Assembly: GCA_051252375.1 (NCBI GenBank)
Contig: JBPOFY010000004.1
Location: 296,224 to 360,223, forward strand
Length of the DNA: 64,000 nt
Direction of reading: 5' to 3'
From: Opitutaceae bacterium
GTDB taxonomy: Bacteria; Verrucomicrobiota; Verrucomicrobiia; Opitutales; Coraliomargaritaceae
Under the pieces are notes generated by a model that worked only from the letters and a program-made list of their open reading frames with translations, was not told the DNA's origin and searched no databases. This document shows positions 39,788 to 53,427 of the stretch, piece after piece (positions within the stretch are counted from its first letter, which is position 1; each line of letters opens with the position of its first letter). Both the position numbers and the translations under genes were made by a program.

Positions 39788-40717
39788 TTAACTTAGCTTT
39801 TCAATTATCTCGTTAAAATCATCCGGCAAAGGAGCAACAAACTGCATCAACTCATCACGTTCCGGATGCTGAATGTGAAGCTCGGTTGAATGCAACATGA
39901 CCCGCGGCACCTGAAACTCTTTCAAGCGACTCGCCTTAAAACCATATGTCGGATCGCCCAAAATAGGAAACTTCAATGAACTGAGGTGCACACGTATTTG
40001 GTGCGTGCGACCAGTATGAATCACACAACTAATCATCGCGGCTTTACTGCCAAAGCGTTGCACAACTTGCCAATCGGTATGCGCTTCCTTTCCCGAAAAA
40101 ACGACTGCCATTTTTGTGCGCATTACCGGATGCCGACCGATCGGTTCTTTGACCGAACCTCTGGAAATTTTTGGAACACCTTGGACCAATGCAGTATAAC
40201 GCTTATAGGTTTCACGTTCACTAAATGCCGCTGCGAGCTTATGATGCGCTAAGTCGTTTTTCGCGACCACGATCAAGCCGCTCGTTTCCTTATCCAATCG
40301 ATGCACAATGCCCGGACGGTCCGGCGCACCAACACTGCTCAGGTTGCCCTTACAATGATGCAAGAGTGCGTGCACCAAAGTATCGTCCCCTGTGCCACTG
40401 CCCGGATGCGTAATCATGCCCGGCATTTTGTTCACAACAACCAACGACTCATCTTCATAAACAACATCCAGCGGTATCGCCACTGCCTTCGGTCCTTCAC
40501 CGAGGTCAGGCTCTTCCAGAACAGCACGTAACCGTCCCGCCGCGTTTACCTTGAATCGTTTATCGATCACCTGCCCATCGAATGTCACTAGACCTGACTC
40601 AAATGCACGTTGCAATCGCACACGACTGACATCGTCAAATTGTGCCGCAAAGATCTTATCCGCACGTCCCGCCTTCGCACCTTTCGGCACATTAAATTCT
40701 ATAATTCGCTCAGACAT
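39788..40717 (-). CDS. RluD-like S4-domain pseudouridine synthase (RluA family)
   Basis: N-terminal S4-like domain, [33 protein letters not shown]. Confidence 0.92.
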   Translation of the reverse strand: MSERIIEFNVPKGAKAGRADKIFAAQFDDVSRVRLQRAFESGLVTFDGQVIDKRFKVNAAGRLRAVLEEPDLGEGPKAVAIPLDVVYEDESLVVVNKMPGMITHPGSGTGDDTLVHALLHHCKGNLSSVGAPDRPGIVHRLDKETSGLIVVAKNDLAHHKLAAAFSERETYKRYTALVQGVPKISRGSVKEPIGRHPVMRTKMAVVFSGKEAHTDWQVVQRFGSKAAMISCVIHTGRTHQIRVHLSSLKFPILGDPTYGFKASRLKEFQVPRVMLHSTELHIQHPERDELMQFVAPLPDDFNEIIEKLS

Positions 40718-40771
40718 GGTTGAAACCGTCGATTAATAGACCCCAACCAAGAAGTCACAAGCGGATAACAG

Positions 40772-43450
40772 CTAATTCGTCCGATGAGCCGCGGCTGCCT
40801 TCTGCCGCGCAAACACCACTTTATTGTAGAAGAAGCCAATGCCGATCAAAGCCACACCCAAACCTAGAAACGAAAACACACGGAAGATACCTTCTAGTTC
40901 CGATGCATCCACAAGGAAGACCTTACCCACCGTCACCAGCAGTAAAACCAATGAACCAGTATGAATCACTTGCTGATTCCTCCAAAGCCCAATGGCTTGA
41001 TAAGCTACCGCCAAGAACAGCCACACGACTGAATAGGTATAAACTTCCGCACTAGAAGCTTTCCAGCTGAACAAATGCTGACCGCCGAAGTAATCCTGAA
41101 CCAAAAAGGTGCTCCACACAAAACCAAGCATCATCGCGCACAACTGATAGAGTCGACGCGCCACCTGGTCTTCGCTCTCACCACAAAACCACGCGAGGGC
41201 AAAAGCGGCAAAGAAAGGCACGCCAAACTGCAACAGCAACGCATTGAAGAAGAAACTCTCACCTGCCGCACCCGAATCTACGAGGTGCAAAAAGACCACA
41301 CGCATCGCAACCATAACCGAAAGCAACAAACTGGCCGTGCGGCCACCACGGAGACGACCCGAGTAAGCACGCCCGACGACCGCAAAGACGGCGAGCAATG
41401 CCGTCAGCCCACCCTCGATCATCACACGAGTCCACGACTCCGGCACCACCGATTGATCCAGCCACTGATAAAGCGCCACAAAACCCAATAAGGCGACGAG
41501 CCCCGAACACCAAGCAGACGCACGGCTCAACAGACCCTCTTCTTCTCGCACCAGCCACAGCGTCAGCACCGAACCGATCGCCCCACAGAGCCAAGCCAAC
41601 ACCGCGACTCCATCCTGATGAGTCTCGTGCTGAAAAGTCTCTCTAAAGAAATAGGCCACAGCATCCGCGGCAAAAGGCAACATCACCACTCCCCACGCAG
41701 CGCTCACAAGCCCGAGCACTAAACCCATACGCCCTAAATCACGCCATTTCCAATAGAGTGCCGAAACGATGAACAGCCCGGCTAAACTATGCGCGAGATA
41801 AGTTGCCGGCACATATGTCCATAAACCAAAACCAATCATCGCGACTGCAAAGCATGAATATTCTCCAACCACCTCGAGTGATTCTTCACGACGACGTAAA
41901 TGCTCTGCCGCCAACAGCAATAACGCTGCGGCAACTGATGCGAGCAGAAACCAAAACCCCGAGAACGGAACCGCGAAAGCTGGGTTATTCTGCTCTGCCA
42001 CATTACGCCAGATGAAATCTATTTCCTGCGACGTGCCCAACAAGACAACGCGATTTAGATACAACAACGGTGCAAACAAAAGTGCCGAAGCCACTGACAA
42101 TCCCCGCCAAATTGTGAATTGCGTAGAGCGCAACCCCTGCCAGTGACCCACGGCAAAAAATATACAGAGCAACCCCGCCGGCCAGATAAACCAGCTCAGC
42201 CATCCCGCAGCAGGATTCGCAACGACACCCACCGCAATCGCAGTCAATGCCAGCCAAGCAGCCCAAATGAATTCCTCCTCACGCAGAACAGCTAAGAGCA
42301 AGGCACCCAAGCCCAACACCCCGAAGAGCGCCATGTCCACACCAGCAAAACCGCCCAACCAAACAAGCGCTAACGATTGCAGCAGCCCACCGCCCCAAGC
42401 AAGTAACCGAATCGTTGAAAACAATAGGATCGTCCCTTCACTCGGCTTCTCGGTCTTAGCCATCACTGCCCACAGCGCATTGGCCACACAGATCCCCATC
42501 ACAAACCACATCGCACCTTCAATGTGCTGGGCTGGATGATTCAGACCTTCTGCGATCACAATGAAAGACCAAACATACGCCCCAACCAAAGTGCCCAGCA
42601 ACAATCCCCACCAGCCTCGTCGCATGCAAAGAAACTGAGCACCACAGAACAACAAGAACAGATAACTGAACAGCATCGCGGTGTCCGTCAGATCAGTTTG
42701 CATCAACCAAGGCGTGAGAAATCCGCCAACCAAGCCCATCAACGCAATCGGTGCACCGTTCTTCAGCGAGAGCCCAACCGCCAAACCCGTGACTGCCACC
42801 ATCAAGATGAAGCCCTGGGTCGGCGACAAAAAGCCATACAAGTGCACCGCCGCATAGGCCGCAAAATACAAACAAGCGACCCCCGCCCCCGACAAAGCCT
42901 GACCAATTCGTTCATTCCCAGCCAATTTCGACTTCACACTAATGACAAAACCAGCCCCACAGAGCAGCGCACCAAATCCAGCAGTCAGCCACAATCGCAC
43001 CATCGGCGTCAACCAGCCCGATTCAATCGAGTATTTGACCATATAGAACCCCGCCATCAACAGGGCAACACCACCAACCCAAACAGCTACCTTGCTGAAC
43101 CAGTCATTCGACTCGCCTGCAGCTTCCACTCGCGCTTCTGGCGCAGGGATTCTCGCAGGAGCAGGCGCTACCGGCTTAACTGGTTCAATGGCCGCCTTTG
43201 GCATCGGCGGTGGCACAACCGGCGCGGGCTCCATCTTCTCAACCACGACCTCTTTCGAAATCGGTTTCACGTCGGCTTCCACTTTAGCTGGTGCCTCTTG
43301 ATTCGGAGCACCCGACGTTCTGGATCGTTCCAGTTCCTTGGCAAGTCGCTCGATGTCTCCCCGTAACGAGTTATGACGCAACAAATTCACCCAAGGTAAA
43401 ACCATCGCCGCTAGTAGTGCACACAGAATTAAGATAGCCAGAAGTTCCAT
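40772..43450 (-). CDS. DUF2339 family polytopic membrane protein
   Basis: N-terminal TM plus coiled coil and Pro-rich linker, WVGGVALL...KYSIESGWL, more than 20 TMs, C-terminal KVFLVDAS.LEGIFRVFSFLGLG. Confidence 0.85.
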   Translation of the reverse strand: MELLAILILCALLAAMVLPWVNLLRHNSLRGDIERLAKELERSRTSGAPNQEAPAKVEADVKPISKEVVVEKMEPAPVVPPPMPKAAIEPVKPVAPAPARIPAPEARVEAAGESNDWFSKVAVWVGGVALLMAGFYMVKYSIESGWLTPMVRLWLTAGFGALLCGAGFVISVKSKLAGNERIGQALSGAGVACLYFAAYAAVHLYGFLSPTQGFILMVAVTGLAVGLSLKNGAPIALMGLVGGFLTPWLMQTDLTDTAMLFSYLFLLFCGAQFLCMRRGWWGLLLGTLVGAYVWSFIVIAEGLNHPAQHIEGAMWFVMGICVANALWAVMAKTEKPSEGTILLFSTIRLLAWGGGLLQSLALVWLGGFAGVDMALFGVLGLGALLLAVLREEEFIWAAWLALTAIAVGVVANPAAGWLSWFIWPAGLLCIFFAVGHWQGLRSTQFTIWRGLSVASALLFAPLLYLNRVVLLGTSQEIDFIWRNVAEQNNPAFAVPFSGFWFLLASVAAALLLLAAEHLRRREESLEVVGEYSCFAVAMIGFGLWTYVPATYLAHSLAGLFIVSALYWKWRDLGRMGLVLGLVSAAWGVVMLPFAADAVAYFFRETFQHETHQDGVAVLAWLCGAIGSVLTLWLVREEEGLLSRASAWCSGLVALLGFVALYQWLDQSVVPESWTRVMIEGGLTALLAVFAVVGRAYSGRLRGGRTASLLLSVMVAMRVVFLHLVDSGAAGESFFFNALLLQFGVPFFAAFALAWFCGESEDQVARRLYQLCAMMLGFVWSTFLVQDYFGGQHLFSWKASSAEVYTYSVVWLFLAVAYQAIGLWRNQQVIHTGSLVLLLVTVGKVFLVDASELEGIFRVFSFLGLGVALIGIGFFYNKVVFARQKAAAAHRTN

Positions 43451-43474
43451 AATGCAAAAAGTTTAAGAATATAT

Positions 43475-43511
43475 TTGAACATTGTTCAATATTATTTTTA
43501 ACAGTGTTCAT
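43475..43511. promoter_or_regulatory. Two palindromic operator-like sites in the divergent DUF2339/TetR promoter region
   Basis: TTGAACA-T-TGTTCAA (43475-43489, perfect) and TTTAACA-G-TGTTCAT (43497-43511); centres 22 bp apart. Confidence 0.7.
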
Positions 43512-43569
43512 AATTAAGTAATATATAACGCAAAAACGCACCCAAAACTTTCCAAACCCACTCAATTAA

Positions 43570-44145
43570 ATGGCTCGCCGCAAAGATCACACTCGTGAAG
43601 AACTCACCGCCCTCGCCACCAAATGCGGACAACAACTCGTTGTCGCAGAAGGTTCTAGTGCACTCACCGCGCGCAATGTCGCCAAAATGATGGGCTATAC
43701 CGCAGGCACGCTCTACAATATTTTCGAGAACATCGATGGCCTTGCAGCAGCAATCAACATTCAGAGCATGGATTCATTTGCCGAAGGGATTGAAGAAATC
43801 CTCAGGCACAACGCGAAACCCAAGAAGCGCCTGCGCCTCATTTCCAAAGCCTACCTCACTTTCCAAGAAGAGGAGCCCTACCTGTGGGCTCTACTATTCG
43901 CAACTCCCATCAACAGTGACTCCGACGCCTACCGGCAAGCGGTGCACCGCATCTTCGACCAAGTCGCCGAGGCACTACAACCACTCAGCGGAAGCGCAAA
44001 AGCCGCCCGGCAAGACGCCAAAATCCTCTGGTCCACCCTGCACGGTATATGCCTGCTTAAAGAACACGGAAAACTCGACGTATCGACGACCGACACTCCA
44101 GAAGAGCTGGTAAAACGATTTCTAGATCAATTTCTACAAAAATGA
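43570..44145 (+). CDS. TetR/AcrR family regulator with WHG-type C-terminal domain
   Basis: HTH LTARNVAKMMGYTAGTLYNIF; LWSTLHG. Confidence 0.92.
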   Translation: MARRKDHTREELTALATKCGQQLVVAEGSSALTARNVAKMMGYTAGTLYNIFENIDGLAAAINIQSMDSFAEGIEEILRHNAKPKKRLRLISKAYLTFQEEEPYLWALLFATPINSDSDAYRQAVHRIFDQVAEALQPLSGSAKAARQDAKILWSTLHGICLLKEHGKLDVSTTDTPEELVKRFLDQFLQK

Positions 44146-44849
44146 AACTCCTCTCCACACTCACACTGCTCCTACTAATGATCCCTAGCCTTCACGCCAA
44201 AGACACAGTGGTCCTCTTGCACGGTCTCATGCGCCAACCTGCTTCAATGAGCAAAATGGCAAGCGCACTGGAAGCCGAAGGTTACCGCGTGCTGAACATC
44301 GACTACCCTTCTCGCGACCAGACAATCGAAGTGCTTGCTGCCACGGTAAGGCGACAGGTTGCTAGAGATACTGTAGACAGTGCGCAGGTCCACTTCGTCA
44401 CCCACTCCATGGGCGGCATCCTAGTGCGTCAGATACAGAAAAGCGCCCCGCTGCCCAACATAGGGCGCGTCGTCATGCTCAGCCCACCGAACCAAGGCAG
44501 TGAAGTTGTCGATAAGATCGGTCATTGGAAAGCCTTCCACTTCGTCAATGGACCAGCAGGCAAACAGCTAAGCACAGACATCAAAGGTTTCATTGCAGAA
44601 CTAGGTCCTGTCGACTTTGAGTGTGGAATCCTTACCGGTGATCGCAGCATCAACTGGATCAATTCGATGATGATACCTGGCAAGGACGATGGAAAAGTCT
44701 CCACTGAGGGAGCTAAAGTGGAAGGAATGACAGATTATAAAGTCGTTCACGCAACCCATCCAATGATCATGAAGAAAAAGGCCGTGATTCAAGAAGTGAT
44801 CACATTCTTACAGACTGGGGAGTTTGAACCAGCGAACGACAAGCCCTAG
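44142..44849 (+). CDS. Secreted alpha/beta hydrolase (lipase/esterase-like)
   Basis: Signal peptide, LLHGL, THSMGG nucleophile elbow, PPNQGS, DDGKVS, catalytic His in ATHP; ATGA overlap with the TetR gene. Confidence 0.88.
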   Translation: MKLLSTLTLLLLMIPSLHAKDTVVLLHGLMRQPASMSKMASALEAEGYRVLNIDYPSRDQTIEVLAATVRRQVARDTVDSAQVHFVTHSMGGILVRQIQKSAPLPNIGRVVMLSPPNQGSEVVDKIGHWKAFHFVNGPAGKQLSTDIKGFIAELGPVDFECGILTGDRSINWINSMMIPGKDDGKVSTEGAKVEGMTDYKVVHATHPMIMKKKAVIQEVITFLQTGEFEPANDKP

Positions 44850-44871
44850 TCGACCGCCATCACTCAACCAC

Positions 44872-44902
44872 AAAAAAGCCCGCAACTTTCGTTGCGGGCT
44901 TT
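44872..44902. terminator. Intrinsic terminator between convergent hydrolase and pilC genes
   Basis: AAAAAAGCCCGCAAC-TTTC-GTTGCGGGCTTT; longer U-tract on the minus strand. Confidence 0.85.
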
Positions 44903-44922
44903 CGAAAAATTCTCTGATAAAA

Positions 44923-46173
<1,251 letters not shown>

Positions 46174-46193
46174 GGGAGTATTGTTACTGGGGA

Positions 46194-47885
46194 TTAAGTA
46201 TATTTAAGAACTTCTTCAATGGTTGAGTTTCCGTCAAAAATGGCGCGCAAACCGTCATCACGCAAGCTTCTCATACCTTGCTCAAGCGCTTTTTGCTTAA
46301 TCGCTAAAGTCGGTGCACGCTGATTGATCATTTCGCGAATCGCATCGGTCACTTTAATCATTTCAAACAAACCAATACGGCCGCGATAGCCTGTATTACT
46401 ACACTCAGGGCAACCTTCGCCGTAGAAAAAGTCCTTATCTGCGATCTCCAAAGGATCCACTTCGAGGATATCTATCATTTCTTGAGTCGGCTCGTATCCC
46501 GTGCGGCAGGTCTTACAAATGCGGCGAATCAATCTTTGTGCCAAGATCGCTTCGAGCGAAGCAGAAATCAAGAACGGCTCTAAGCCCATATCAATAAGAC
46601 GCGTGACGGCACCAGGAGCATCATTCGTGTGCAGCGTGCTTAACACAACGTGACCTGTCAGCGAAGCCTGCACAGCAATTTGAGCGGTCTCCAAGTCACG
46701 AATTTCCCCGACCATGATCTTATCCGGATCTTGACGAAGGAAGGCACGAAGCGCGCGCTGGAAGTCGAGCCCGACTTGGTGATTCACCGCAACCTGCATG
46801 ATACCATCGATCTCATACTCGACGGGATCTTCCGCGGTCAAAATCTTAGTCTCAACATCATTCACTTCACGAAGCGCACTATACAAAGTGGTTGTTTTAC
46901 CAGAGCCAGTAGGCCCGGTAACAATGAAAATACCATTTGGGCGATCCACTAGTTCACGAATCGTAAGAAGGATGTCATCCGGCAAACTAAGCGCCTCGAG
47001 GTCGAGGTTAACCACAGATTTGTCCAAGACACGAAGCACCACACTCTCACCAAATTGAGTGGGCAAAGTAGATACACGAAGATCCACAGGGCGCCCCGCG
47101 ATAGTCATCTTAATACGTCCATCCTGCGGAATACGCGTTTCCGAGATATTCATATTCGAAAGAACTTTAATGCGCGAAGTCACAGGAACAGCAAGGCTCT
47201 TAGGCGGTGGCGCCATTTCATAAAGCGCACCGTCAATACGATAACGAATACGGAATTGTTCTTCGAACGGCTCGAAGTGGACGTCCGACGCTTTATCCTT
47301 AATCGCCTGCTGAAGCACCAAGTTAACGAAGCGAATAATCGGTGTCTGGTTGGCTAAATCCGTTAAATCAGAATCGGAGAGATGCTCTTCATCAACGTCG
47401 TCAAAAGTATCACCAAGATCCCCTAAGATATCATCAATCGATGAGTCTTCCTCCCCGTATGTCGCAGTAATCAGAGAATCTACGAACTCGGGATTACATA
47501 CGACGATCGTGATATCTTTATTCAACGTGAATGTCAGATCATCGATAATGCTGGGATTAAACGGATCCTTCGCGAGCAATGAAACACTGGTGTCTGTGAC
47601 CTGATACGGGATCACCGCATACATCCGAGCAACAGCCGCCTTCATCGTGGATGCGATATTGTCCGGGATGGTGGTGGGCATCTGGTCGAGATAATCATAG
47701 CCGAGATAATCCGCGACCGCGGATAAGACAGTGGAACGTTCCACTGTGCCGGAATCGACAACAGAATCTGCCAACGACTTTCCAGTGTGAATGTGCGACT
47801 CATTCAGTTCATCAAGCTGCGCTTTATCGAGCAACTCAGCTGAACTAATAATTTCGTAAATAGTATCGTTATGATCTTCGAACAT
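46194..47885 (-). CDS. pilB: Type IV pilus assembly ATPase (PilB/GspE family)
   Basis: [46 protein letters not shown], tetra-Cys Zn motif. Confidence 0.92.
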   Translation of the reverse strand: MFEDHNDTIYEIISSAELLDKAQLDELNESHIHTGKSLADSVVDSGTVERSTVLSAVADYLGYDYLDQMPTTIPDNIASTMKAAVARMYAVIPYQVTDTSVSLLAKDPFNPSIIDDLTFTLNKDITIVVCNPEFVDSLITATYGEEDSSIDDILGDLGDTFDDVDEEHLSDSDLTDLANQTPIIRFVNLVLQQAIKDKASDVHFEPFEEQFRIRYRIDGALYEMAPPPKSLAVPVTSRIKVLSNMNISETRIPQDGRIKMTIAGRPVDLRVSTLPTQFGESVVLRVLDKSVVNLDLEALSLPDDILLTIRELVDRPNGIFIVTGPTGSGKTTTLYSALREVNDVETKILTAEDPVEYEIDGIMQVAVNHQVGLDFQRALRAFLRQDPDKIMVGEIRDLETAQIAVQASLTGHVVLSTLHTNDAPGAVTRLIDMGLEPFLISASLEAILAQRLIRRICKTCRTGYEPTQEMIDILEVDPLEIADKDFFYGEGCPECSNTGYRGRIGLFEMIKVTDAIREMINQRAPTLAIKQKALEQGMRSLRDDGLRAIFDGNSTIEEVLKYT

Positions 47886-47931
47886 TTGGAGGGGGTGATT
47901 ACCTAATCAAGGTTACAGCAATATGGGGATT

Positions 47932-49014
47932 TTAAAGGGAAGTGAGTGTTGCGCCGTTTTCAAGCAACCTGTCGCGCATCGCTCCAGGAGTTTGTGATTT
48001 CTCCAGTGCTTCATCTGCACTGATTAAATCTTTGTTATACAAATTTAGTAAATGAGCATCTAAGCTAATCATACCATGCGTGGCACCCGTCTGGATGTCA
48101 GAAGCAATACGATAGGTCTTATTTTCGCGAATGAGTTGCGAAATCGAAGTCGTGGTGACCATAATTTCGAAAGAAGCAATACGGCCGCCGCCCTTCTTCT
48201 TGCAGAGCACTTGAGAAATGACCGCGACGATGGATGCTGCTAGTTGCGTGCGCATCTGGTCTTTCATGTCTGCGGGAAACGCATCTACAATACGGTCTAC
48301 TGTTCGAGCAGCACCTGTTGTGTGCAATGTTGCAAAGACTAGGTGACCAGTCTCGGCAGCACCAACAGCTGCCTCAATGGTTTCGAGGTCACGCATTTCA
48401 CCAACCAGAATAACATCGGGGTCTTGACGTAGCGCGCCGCGAATTGCGGCAGAGAAGGAAGTGACATCATTCCCGACTTCACGTTGGGTGACGATGCAGT
48501 TTTTGTGCTCATGGAAATATTCAATCGGGTCTTCAATCGTGATGATATGTCCATCACGATTTTCATTAATCCAATTTACCATTGATGCCAAGGTAGTCGA
48601 CTTACCAGAACCAGTGGGCCCCGTGACCAGAATCAAGCCGCGAGGGCGTGTGATCAGCTCCTTGATTTTATCGGGCAGACCGATGTCCGTAAGCGTAAAC
48701 AAATCATTTGGAATCTGGCGAAGCACCATGCCGTAAGAACCTTTCGCGCGCAGGACACTCACGCGGAAGCGAGCACGGTCCATATAAGCAAAACCGAAAT
48801 CGGCACCACCCATTGTCTTCAACTGCTCTTGACTGCTTGAAGATGTGATTGCCTTCATCAAGTCCTCCGTGTCAACCGGAGTCAGCTTCGGACCATCCAC
48901 AGGGGACATAGCGCCACTGATGCGCAAAGTCGGGGCTTGATTGACCTGGATGTGCAAATCAGATGCGCCCTGATCAACCATCAGTTCCAAAAGGTCATTC
49001 ATTTCATAGCTCAT
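47932..49014 (-). CDS. pilT: Type IV pilus retraction ATPase
   Basis: [57 protein letters not shown]-like SISQLIRE. Confidence 0.94.
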   Translation of the reverse strand: MSYEMNDLLELMVDQGASDLHIQVNQAPTLRISGAMSPVDGPKLTPVDTEDLMKAITSSSSQEQLKTMGGADFGFAYMDRARFRVSVLRAKGSYGMVLRQIPNDLFTLTDIGLPDKIKELITRPRGLILVTGPTGSGKSTTLASMVNWINENRDGHIITIEDPIEYFHEHKNCIVTQREVGNDVTSFSAAIRGALRQDPDVILVGEMRDLETIEAAVGAAETGHLVFATLHTTGAARTVDRIVDAFPADMKDQMRTQLAASIVAVISQVLCKKKGGGRIASFEIMVTTTSISQLIRENKTYRIASDIQTGATHGMISLDAHLLNLYNKDLISADEALEKSQTPGAMRDRLLENGATLTSL

Positions 49015-49050
49015 CGTATTACTTCGTTTGGTGTCAGGGTTTGCAAAGCG

Positions 49051-50760
49051 TTATTCTGAATCGCCAACGGTGGCGTGAAGCACTTCCTCCGAAGTCGTAA
49101 CGCCAGCGATGATCTTACGCACACCATCCTCACGCATACTACGCATTCCCATTTCACGGGCTTTATTGCGAATCGCGACCAGGCTGGCCTCATCATAAAT
49201 CATCGTCTGCAGTTCTTCATTAACGAGGAACATCTCGAAGATACCAACACGACCACGGAAACCAGTGGAATTACATTTCGCACATCCCTTACCGCGCATA
49301 AATGTAGCTTCAATCGCCTGATCGGCACGAATACCTAGTGAATTCAAGTGACGCTCATCCGGAGTGTCAGGAGCCTTACAGTTCATACAAGTCCGACGAA
49401 CCAGACGTTGTGCCAACACAGCACGAACAGAAGCCGAAACAAGGAAAGGCTTGATGCCAATATCAATCAAACGACTCACAGCACTCGGCGCATCATTTGT
49501 GTGCAGCGTACTAAACACCATGTGACCGGTGAGCGACGCATTCACGGCAATTTCCGCTGTTTCTTTGTCACGAATTTCCCCGACCATAATGATATTCGGG
49601 GCCTGACGAAGCATGGACCGAAGCGCAGCAGAGAAGGTCATTCCGACCTCACGACGCACTTGCACCTGATTAATCCCCCCCATTTCATACTCCACCGGAT
49701 CTTCTACAGTGATGATTTTACGGTCTGGGTGATTGATGCAATTTAGAGCCGAATACAGCGTGGTTGATTTACCGGAACCGGTAGGCCCTGTTACCAAGAA
49801 GATGCCGTCCGGCATAGCAATAATGCGCTCAAAGGCTGCCTGGTCGTCGCTAAAGAAACCGAGTTGAGGCAAGCCAAGATTAAGGCCTTCCTTATCGAGA
49901 ATACGCATAACAATACTCTCACCGAAAGCAGTGGGCAAAGTAGAAACACGAAGGTCGATCACCTTAGGGCCAACTGTAATATTAATACGTCCGTCTTGAG
50001 GCACACGTTTCTCAGCAATACTGACATTCGACATCAATTTGATACGAGAAACAATTGCAGGCTGAAGACGCTTCGGTGGGTTTTCCACTTCATGTAAAAC
50101 ACCATCAATACGGTAACGGACTCGGAACCGTTTCTCTAACGGTTCCATATGAATATCAGATGCACGACGTTTGAGTGCCTCAGAGATCACCATGTGCACA
50201 TAACGGATGATCGGCGCTTCCTCTTCAGCAACATTGCCCTCGTCACCTGTAGGAAGATCTAGCTTCTGATCTTCATCCTCCTTAAACATTTCGTGAACAC
50301 CGCCCTCAAGCTTGGCTCCATCATAAAACTGATGGATAGCCTTCTCGATGTCTTCATACGGTGCAACGCGACTGACGATGGAGCGCTTCAGAACGTGACT
50401 GAGGCTGTCAATCGTATCCATGTCTAGCGGGTCATGAACAGCAAGTTCAACTTCATTATCGTCTGCCTCCAAGGGAAACACATGATAACGCTTCGCCAGT
50501 TCGTAATCAACGACCTCCAAGGCTTCAGCAGAGGCATGCACATCGTGCAAATCAACGACGTCCATATTGAACTCGGCAGCCAGCACCTCAGCGACCTGCA
50601 TCTGCGTTAACTTATGATGCAAAACCAAGTGATCCAGCACCGCACCATCGCCAGGGCTCTCACTGTCAGCCGTCGCATCGCGAGCCTCTTGGATCGATTC
50701 AGAATCAACGATTCCTTGATCAGTTAATAGTTGAAGAACAAATTCGTCGTCGGAAGTCAC
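49051..50760 (-). CDS. Second PilB/GspE-family assembly ATPase
   Basis: Same motif set as 46194-47885 ([27 protein letters not shown], two CxxC); GTG start. Confidence 0.92.
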   Translation of the reverse strand: MTSDDEFVLQLLTDQGIVDSESIQEARDATADSESPGDGAVLDHLVLHHKLTQMQVAEVLAAEFNMDVVDLHDVHASAEALEVVDYELAKRYHVFPLEADDNEVELAVHDPLDMDTIDSLSHVLKRSIVSRVAPYEDIEKAIHQFYDGAKLEGGVHEMFKEDEDQKLDLPTGDEGNVAEEEAPIIRYVHMVISEALKRRASDIHMEPLEKRFRVRYRIDGVLHEVENPPKRLQPAIVSRIKLMSNVSIAEKRVPQDGRINITVGPKVIDLRVSTLPTAFGESIVMRILDKEGLNLGLPQLGFFSDDQAAFERIIAMPDGIFLVTGPTGSGKSTTLYSALNCINHPDRKIITVEDPVEYEMGGINQVQVRREVGMTFSAALRSMLRQAPNIIMVGEIRDKETAEIAVNASLTGHMVFSTLHTNDAPSAVSRLIDIGIKPFLVSASVRAVLAQRLVRRTCMNCKAPDTPDERHLNSLGIRADQAIEATFMRGKGCAKCNSTGFRGRVGIFEMFLVNEELQTMIYDEASLVAIRNKAREMGMRSMREDGVRKIIAGVTTSEEVLHATVGDSE

Positions 50761-50794
50761 AGTTATAAATTTAGGGGGTAAATAAAGTTAATTT

Positions 50795-52681
50795 CTATCG
50801 AGCCACACTCATCAAAAATTCCGCGTTAGTCTTGGTTTTCTTGATTCGCTGAATGAGCATTTCCATAGCATCAATAGAAGGTAGGCCTTTCATCGCTCTT
50901 CGCAATGAATAAATTTTTAACATTTCATCTGGGTGATACAGCAATTCTTCCTTACGGGTGCCGCTCTTGTCCATACTCAATGCTGGGAAGATGCGCTTGT
51001 CTGAAAGTCCACGATCTAGGTGCAGCTCCATATTGCCGGTGCCTTTAAACTCCTCGAAAATCACCTCATCCATCTTGCTGCCCGTTTCGACCAATGCTGT
51101 GGCGATAATCGTCAAGCTGCCGCCATCCTCGATATTTCTCGCAGAACCAAAAAAGCGCTTTGGTTTTTGCAGGGCATTGGCTTCCACACCACCGGACAGG
51201 ATCTTCCCGCTGCTTGGCATGGTCGTATTGTAGGCACGTGCCAAACGTGTGATCGAGTCGAGTAATATAACAACATCTTTACCAACTTCGACCATGCGAC
51301 GCGCCTTCTCGATCACCATTTCGGCTGCGTGGACATGGCTCTCGGCAGATTCGTCGAAAGTCGAGCTGATGACCTCGCCGCTGACTTGACGACGAAAGTC
51401 GGTCACTTCCTCCGGGCGCTCATCGATTAATAAAATAATCAAGTGAGCATCAGGATAGTTCCTTTGAATAGAATTGGCCATGCCTTGCATGAGCACCGTT
51501 TTACCTGTGCGGGGCGGCGCAACAATGAGGCCACGTTGACCAAAGCCAATCGGGGTCAAGCAATCGACGACGCGCATCGACAAGTTATCCCACTTCGACT
51601 CGCTATCAGCTTCCATCAAAATTCGTTCGAGCGGATAGTAAGGAATACCCTCTGTAAATGGCACAATTTCGTTCAGTGTTTCAGGGTCTTGCCCCATCAC
51701 TTCATTGATACGCACAGCAAATGGGCAGGATTCGTTTTCACGATGCGGATGGAGCTGTGCGGTGACAATATGACCACGCTGCAAGCCGTAGTGCTCGATA
51801 AAAGCCTGAGGCACATAGGAACTGAGTGCCTTAATACGGTAACTGTCTCGCTGGTATACGAGGATGCCACCAGCGTTATCCTCCATTAGCTCAAGAATAC
51901 CCGTGGTCGTGATCGGCGCTTTCGTCGCGGCGGCATGCGCCACCAGTGCATTGATCAATTGATCGCGGTTCGGCGCATGCGGCACCTCCAAGGCAAGGGC
52001 TTCGACTTCGGCACGTAATTCCGGCAGTAGTAAATCGTAGATGCGATTGTAATCGAGTGCTGGCTTATCGGCTTCGGCCAAATCAACCGTGAGCGCATGA
52101 ATCGTCTCCAAGTTTTCAAATGCTTCGAATTCCAAAAGTTCACCAAACTCAATGGGTGACTCCTCCTCAAATGCACGCTTCTTCTTGTTCTGCCAACGAT
52201 TCGGTCCTTTGCCCTTTTTATTGTGCGGCTTATTTTTATTAAACTTATTGTTACGTCCTTGGCGGTCGTTCTGGTTGCGGTTCTGACGATCGTGCTTCTT
52301 TGGGTTACGATTATGCTGCTTTTGACCGCCTTCCTTGCGCCCTTCTCCGCCCGAACTCGGTGCTTCACGGGAGGGCTCGGCCTGTTCATTTGTGCTTGCA
52401 GGCGACTCGCCAGCGAAAGGCTCATCCGAAGAATCGGTCGAATAAACCACCGACTTCTTAGGCTCTGGCGCTTGAGCCGCCGGCGCGTCTGAAGAAAACA
52501 TCTCGGCCTGCTTCGTCACTGGGACCTCGGCTTCGCTCTTAACGACTCGCTTCTTGGCGACCTTCTTGACCACCTTCTTTGTCGCTTTTTTAGCGACCTT
52601 CTTTGTGGCGCGCTTACGAACAGGTTTTATTTCGCCTGGTGTGAATTCACCAGGAACAGTCACATTTTCTTCTTCACTCAT
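50795..52681 (-). CDS. rho: Transcription termination factor Rho with long N-terminal extension
   Basis: [53 protein letters not shown]. Confidence 0.96.
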   Translation of the reverse strand: MSEEENVTVPGEFTPGEIKPVRKRATKKVAKKATKKVVKKVAKKRVVKSEAEVPVTKQAEMFSSDAPAAQAPEPKKSVVYSTDSSDEPFAGESPASTNEQAEPSREAPSSGGEGRKEGGQKQHNRNPKKHDRQNRNQNDRQGRNNKFNKNKPHNKKGKGPNRWQNKKKRAFEEESPIEFGELLEFEAFENLETIHALTVDLAEADKPALDYNRIYDLLLPELRAEVEALALEVPHAPNRDQLINALVAHAAATKAPITTTGILELMEDNAGGILVYQRDSYRIKALSSYVPQAFIEHYGLQRGHIVTAQLHPHRENESCPFAVRINEVMGQDPETLNEIVPFTEGIPYYPLERILMEADSESKWDNLSMRVVDCLTPIGFGQRGLIVAPPRTGKTVLMQGMANSIQRNYPDAHLIILLIDERPEEVTDFRRQVSGEVISSTFDESAESHVHAAEMVIEKARRMVEVGKDVVILLDSITRLARAYNTTMPSSGKILSGGVEANALQKPKRFFGSARNIEDGGSLTIIATALVETGSKMDEVIFEEFKGTGNMELHLDRGLSDKRIFPALSMDKSGTRKEELLYHPDEMLKIYSLRRAMKGLPSIDAMEMLIQRIKKTKTNAEFLMSVAR

Positions 52682-52756
52682 AGGAAATAATTTCTTCTAA
52701 AGCCGCGCTCATGCATCGAGCAGGGTAAATTGGGTAATAGAGATTTCAGGCAGCCA

Positions 52757-53335
52757 CTAGCTGCATATCTCGGAGATTAATCGACGGGTTTGACGTTTTA
52801 AAAATTCTAAGCTGCCAGCATTGGATATGATGTGGTCAGCACGGAGGGCTTTATCCAGTAGAGGCATCTGCCGCGAACGGCGTTGTTCGACCTCAGTTCC
52901 TGTGTAACCTCTGCGAACCATACGGGCTTCAACAACATCAGGAGGACTGGTAACACAGACAGTCAAATCGAACTCGGTTTCAAGCCTTTTTTCAAACAGT
53001 AAGGGGATCTCCACTAGCCAATTCGACTCAGGCTCGGCAGAAAGCGCCTCCTGCCACACCGTCCGAACCAACGGATGTAGCAGATTTTCCAACCACTGCA
53101 GTTCCGACTCATCATTAAACACGATCTTCGCAATGGCCTTTCGATCCACTTCACCGGAAACTGAGAGCACGGCATCCCCCCAGCGCTCACGAAGCGCAGA
53201 GCGCACCTCGCCTGAGCCAGCCAACAACTCACGCACCACCGCATCTGACTCGATCGTGCGCCAGCCTGCCTCGACGAAAAGTTGCACCACGGTTGATTTG
53301 CCGCAACCGATGCCGCCTGTGAGTCCTATTTTCAA
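52757..53335 (-). CDS. coaE: Dephospho-CoA kinase
   Basis: [25 protein letters not shown]. Confidence 0.95.
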   Translation of the reverse strand: MKIGLTGGIGCGKSTVVQLFVEAGWRTIESDAVVRELLAGSGEVRSALRERWGDAVLSVSGEVDRKAIAKIVFNDESELQWLENLLHPLVRTVWQEALSAEPESNWLVEIPLLFEKRLETEFDLTVCVTSPPDVVEARMVRRGYTGTEVEQRRSRQMPLLDKALRADHIISNAGSLEFLKRQTRRLISEICS

Positions 53336-53427
53336 AATATAATCAGTGTAGCCCGATAATGGGACAAAAAGTTAAAGAGTGACATACGTGAAAAATTGTT
53401 CACGCTTTTCGTGAAACTAACGAAAAC

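Noticed and set aside
42524..43366. 280-aa + strand ORF and the strong C/A richness across the DUF2339 gene
   Set aside because: It is the antisense shadow of a G/T-rich membrane-protein gene. The skew is explained by hydrophobic codons plus strand bias, so it is not evidence of foreign DNA.
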